The notes under the pieces were generated by a model. It made no database searches. It worked only from the letters and a program-made list of their open reading frames with translations, and had not been told where the DNA came from. DNA of 64,000 nucleotides, taken from IMG/VR virus record IMGVR_UViG_3300042992_001693, positions 23,177-87,176 of that record; one strand, written 5' to 3'. This DNA comes from a virus. Lineage: Duplodnaviria; Caudoviricetes. Of this stretch, positions 60,170 through 64,000 are shown in pieces; within the stretch, counting starts at the first letter, position 1, and every line of letters begins with the position of its first letter. The position numbers and the translations under genes are program-made.

Positions 60170-61273
60170 ATGAATGATACAAACATTATAACAACAGACA
60201 ATGAAAACATCGATTGTGTTAATCTTTTAAAGAATGCATCTGGTAAAAAATATTGCAAATTTTTATCAAATAAAATTGGAAAAGAATTTCAAACATGTTC
60301 TGAATTATGTAAAATGCATTGTTTTGAAACTGGACCATATAACAATAAATCAATTTCAAAAGAACAAGAAAAAGATTTTATTGTAAAATCAATCAAAGAA
60401 TATGATATATCTTCATTAAAATCTGTTGAAAAAATATTAGATGATTATGATTCATTTTTTGATATATCAGTTCCTATTTTTTATATTGATATATTACAAA
60501 ATTTAAAATTTTTAAATAAATTTAACGGATTTAAAAAATTCACATTAACTGGAGATTGTATTATAACTTCCAAACAATCGGATTTAAAAAATTTAGATAT
60601 TGTTCTTTGGTTTGATTCTATGCAAAATTTTATTAATCAAAATGTAAAATCGGAATTACCAGAAATTATCAATAATATAAAAACAAATTATTATATATAT
60701 ACAGGAAATATTGAAAATGTATCAGATGTTATATATCCACAATTAGATGTTGAAAATAGAAGTATATACAAATCTAAGTACTTCAATATGCAAATTAGAG
60801 GATTGCAAGTAGGTCTTCAAATAAAAGAAAATTTAAACGAAGAAAATAATATTATTAAAATTGATAATACAGAAGATATCAACAAAGAAAAAATAAAACC
60901 AAAACTTGGTTGGAATTTGGTTGCAGAATCTTGGAGTAAAGCTTCACAATTTATAGATGCTGCTAGTAGTAGAGGCTTGATTTCAACAATGTTGGATTAC
61001 ACAGGAGTTGATAATAAAGGTGGAGAAAGAGTATCCGATGAAATTTATAATTTAAGAAGAGAATCTTGTTTTGGAAATATTGAAAAGAACATAGAACCTT
61101 GTCAATTTTTGTCAAAAGATCCTGATGATATGTACTTTTGCAAAGGATGTGGATGTGGGTCAAATAAACTTGCTGTATTAAATCCAAGACAAGAAGATGG
61201 ATATTCTAAATTACATTATCCAAATTTAGAATGTCCTTTGGCAAAACCAGGATTTTCTAATTATATAGAATGA
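60170..61273 (+). CDS. Cys-rich protein A2
   Basis: FTLTGDC...KNLDIVLWF; FCKGCGCG...LECPLAKPGF. Confidence 0.65.
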   Translation: MNDTNIITTDNENIDCVNLLKNASGKKYCKFLSNKIGKEFQTCSELCKMHCFETGPYNNKSISKEQEKDFIVKSIKEYDISSLKSVEKILDDYDSFFDISVPIFYIDILQNLKFLNKFNGFKKFTLTGDCIITSKQSDLKNLDIVLWFDSMQNFINQNVKSELPEIINNIKTNYYIYTGNIENVSDVIYPQLDVENRSIYKSKYFNMQIRGLQVGLQIKENLNEENNIIKIDNTEDINKEKIKPKLGWNLVAESWSKASQFIDAASSRGLISTMLDYTGVDNKGGERVSDEIYNLRRESCFGNIEKNIEPCQFLSKDPDDMYFCKGCGCGSNKLAVLNPRQEDGYSKLHYPNLECPLAKPGFSNYIE

Positions 61274-61319
61274 TTGTTAATCCGCTACATTTAAATTTGT
61301 CAATAAATAATAATTAAGC

Positions 61320-64000
61320 ATGGTTACATTAACTGTAAATGGTTCTCCATATTCTGCCGCTATAAGTGCGGTCAATGATGAAGATTGGTATAATTTTACA
61401 CCAAGTTCCACCAGTCTTTATACAATGAGGACATATGGAAATACAGATATGTTGATGTATCTGTATGACAGCGATCAAACAACCCCATTAGCTTCTGATG
61501 ATGATAGTGGCGGTAATGGTCAATCGTTAATAACATATAATTTAAATGCTAGTCAAATCTATTATTTAAAATTAAGAGGATATGGTTCAAGTACTGGAAA
61601 TTATGAAGTTGCTGTATTTTTACAAAATCCAAGTTTTACATCTTGTTATGGTACTACATTATTAAACGCTTGTAACTGTAATTCTGGTTCTATAAGCAGA
61701 TTTTATACTGGATCATTAGGAATTAATACTGTAATATACACTGATAATAGTTTATCAAGCTTTTCAGCAGATGGATTATATCGAGTAAATTCATCAACAG
61801 TTTATGTTTTAAGTAGTGGAAATGGAACTATCAATAATATAAGATCATGTCCCAGCAACATTTACTTATATTATGGAGCAACTTCGGGTTCTGCTTGTAC
61901 TAGTAACACTGGTTCAACTGTATATTATTTTGGATCTTTTAATGTAGGAACCACTCTATACACTTCAGATTTAACTACTACAGTAACTGATGGATATTAT
62001 AGAAGTGGAAACACAAGATACTTAACAACTGGTGGTGTTATTCAATCTTCTTCAACTTGTCCAAATTCGATTACTTTATATTTTGGTTCTACTAAAGGAA
62101 CATCGTGTACCAATAACAGCGGGGCAACGGTTTATTACACTGGTTCTTTTACCACAGGAACTACATTATATACTGATGCTAGTTTAACCACTACAGTATC
62201 TAATGGATATTATAGAAGTGGAAGTACATCATATCTAGTATCTAGTGGGGTTATTCAATCTTCTTCAAATTGTCCAAGTATAATTTATCTGGAGTTTGGA
62301 TCTACTAAAGGAATTGCTTGTACAAATGGAACTGGAACAACTGTATATTACACTGGGTCTTTTACCACAGGAACGACTCTATATGCTGACGCAGATTTAA
62401 CTACAACAGTAACCGATGGACATTATAATTATTACGGATCGATATATCTAACAAGCGGTGGAGTTATTCAATCTATTTCAAATTGTCCAAGTATAATTTA
62501 TCTGGAGTTTGGATCTACTAAAGGAATTGCTTGTACAAACGGTGTTCAAATTACTACATATTACGAAGGATCTTTCGGTATAGGAACTGAATTATATAGC
62601 GATGCTGATTTAACTACCGCAGTATCCAATGGATATTATAATTATTATGGAACGATATATTATGTAGTTAGTGGAGTTGTTGATTCATCTTCGTCTTGCC
62701 CAAGTTCACTTTATATAAATTTTGGATCTACAAAAGAAATCATATGCGGTGGTGGTGCTAGTGCTACAACTGTATATTATGAAGGATATTTCGATATAGG
62801 AACTGCATTATATAGTGATGTTGATTTAATTACCCCTGCATCTGATGGATATTATAATTATTATGGAACGATATATTATGTAGTTAGTGGAGTTGTTGAT
62901 TCATCTTCAACTTGTCCAAATTATATTGTTGTATATTTCGGATCTACTGTAGGAACTGCTTGCGCTAATAATACTGGAACAACGGTATTCTATACTGGTT
63001 CTTTTACTACAGGAACCACATTATATACTGATGCTGATTTAACTACAACAGTTTCTGATGGGTATTATAAATATGGAAGTTTAGTATATCTAACAAGCAG
63101 TGGAGTTATTCAATCTTCTTCAAATTGTCCAACTTCATCTTATTTGTATTTTGGATCTACAGTAGGAACTGCGTGTGTTGGTGGTACTGGTACAACTGTA
63201 TATTATATCGGTACTCTTAATATAGGAAATACATTATATTCAAATGCTATTTTAACAACTACGGTATCTGATGGATATTATAGAAGTGGAAGTACAGTAT
63301 ATCAAACAATAGGTGGAGTTATTCAATCTCCTTTATTAACTTGTCCAACTGCACGTTCTGCAGTTTTTGGGTCTACTGTAGGAACTGCGTGTGTTGGTGG
63401 TACTAGTACGACTGTATATCACACAGGGTCTCTTGGAATAGGAACTATATTATACACCACTGTTAGCTTAACCACCACAGTATCTGATGGATATTATAGA
63501 AGTGGAAGTACAGTATATCAAACAATAGATGGAGTTATTCAATCTTCTTCAACTTGTCCAAATTCAATTTATTTGTATTTCGGATCTACAGTAGGAACTT
63601 CGTGTACTAGTAATACTGGATCAACTAGATATTATATCGGCGCTCTTAGTGTAGGAAATACATTATATACAGATGCTGATTTAACCATAACTGTTCCTAA
63701 TGGATATCATAGAAGTGGAAGTACAGTATATCAAACAATAGATGGAGTTATTCAATCTTCTTCAACTTGTCCAAATTCAATTTATTTGTATTTCGGATCT
63801 ACAGTAGGAACTTCGTGTACTAGTAATACTGGATCAACTAGATATTATATCGGCGCTCTTAGTGTAGGAAATACATTATATACAGATGCTGATTTAACTA
63901 CAGTAGTATCTGATGGATATCATAGAAGTGGAAGTACAGTATATCAAACAATAGATGGAGTTATTCAATCTTCATCTTCTTGTCCAAATTCTACTTATTT
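61320..64000 (+). CDS. Giant repeat protein, 3' end runs off the window (not in track): PPC-like domain plus about 71-aa repeats
   Basis: ATG at 61320 after ATAAATA; DEDWYNFT...LYDSD..TPLASDDDSGGNGQSLI...YYLKLRGY; all repeat-boundary Cys-Pro codons are in frame to the window end. Confidence 0.85.
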   Translation, partial: MVTLTVNGSPYSAAISAVNDEDWYNFTPSSTSLYTMRTYGNTDMLMYLYDSDQTTPLASDDDSGGNGQSLITYNLNASQIYYLKLRGYGSSTGNYEVAVFLQNPSFTSCYGTTLLNACNCNSGSISRFYTGSLGINTVIYTDNSLSSFSADGLYRVNSSTVYVLSSGNGTINNIRSCPSNIYLYYGATSGSACTSNTGSTVYYFGSFNVGTTLYTSDLTTTVTDGYYRSGNTRYLTTGGVIQSSSTCPNSITLYFGSTKGTSCTNNSGATVYYTGSFTTGTTLYTDASLTTTVSNGYYRSGSTSYLVSSGVIQSSSNCPSIIYLEFGSTKGIACTNGTGTTVYYTGSFTTGTTLYADADLTTTVTDGHYNYYGSIYLTSGGVIQSISNCPSIIYLEFGSTKGIACTNGVQITTYYEGSFGIGTELYSDADLTTAVSNGYYNYYGTIYYVVSGVVDSSSSCPSSLYINFGSTKEIICGGGASATTVYYEGYFDIGTALYSDVDLITPASDGYYNYYGTIYYVVSGVVDSSSTCPNYIVVYFGSTVGTACANNTGTTVFYTGSFTTGTTLYTDADLTTTVSDGYYKYGSLVYLTSSGVIQSSSNCPTSSYLYFGSTVGTACVGGTGTTVYYIGTLNIGNTLYSNAILTTTVSDGYYRSGSTVYQTIGGVIQSPLLTCPTARSAVFGSTVGTACVGGTSTTVYHTGSLGIGTILYTTVSLTTTVSDGYYRSGSTVYQTIDGVIQSSSTCPNSIYLYFGSTVGTSCTSNTGSTRYYIGALSVGNTLYTDADLTITVPNGYHRSGSTVYQTIDGVIQSSSTCPNSIYLYFGSTVGTSCTSNTGSTRYYIGALSVGNTLYTDADLTTVVSDGYHRSGSTVYQTIDGVIQSSSSCPNSTY
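61848..64000 (+). repeat. Tandem array of 210-216-bp repeats (10 complete units plus a diverged preceding unit)
   Basis: Cys-Pro boundaries at 61848, 62058, 62271, 62484, 62697, 62913, 63126, 63342, 63555, 63768, 63981. Confidence 0.92.

Noticed and set aside
1-64000. Alternative genetic code (stop recoding), tRNA or rRNA genes
   Set aside because: Core genes are full length under code 11 and the window is densely coding; no cloverleaf or rRNA-like segment seen by eye (tRNAscan not run)

Overview
AT-rich 64-kb segment of a large T4-like (myovirus) phage genome; host not identifiable from the sequence. About 1-9.4 kb is a minus-strand run of small accessory genes: an HExxH protein, a lipoprotein, an LpxH-like phosphoesterase, YopX, a HAD phosphatase, thioredoxin and RmlB. 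Four exact 16-bp junction repeats separate cassette-like units within it. About 9.5-27.9 kb is tail, baseplate and packaging: putative gp16, a gp27-like hub, gp53, gp48-like, tape measure, gp26/gp51-like, two tube-fold genes, the gp18 sheath, gp3 and gp14. It carries two free-standing homing endonucleases. One of them (GIY-YIG) sits inside a terminase large-subunit gene that is fractured into two ORFs joined by an atypically split intein ending in His-Gln. About 27.9-35.3 kb holds a GT9-like glycosyltransferase, a sulfotransferase, a YadA-like repeat fibre, an NRS/ER-like epimerase-reductase, RmlA and the gp44 clamp loader. About 35-39.4 kb holds candidate internal head proteins with xxLE-type processing motifs. 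About 39.4-64 kb holds gp25, gp6, large virion proteins, a LamG gene relic, three tail fibres, an A-B-B-A quartet of Cys-rich paralogues, and a giant 71-aa tandem-repeat protein running off the window. The best-supported unusual feature is the split-intein terminase. The most speculative system is a phage-encoded rhamnosylation/sulfation pathway alongside mucin-like Thr-rich virion proteins. All family assignments come from motif reading only; no database searches were run.
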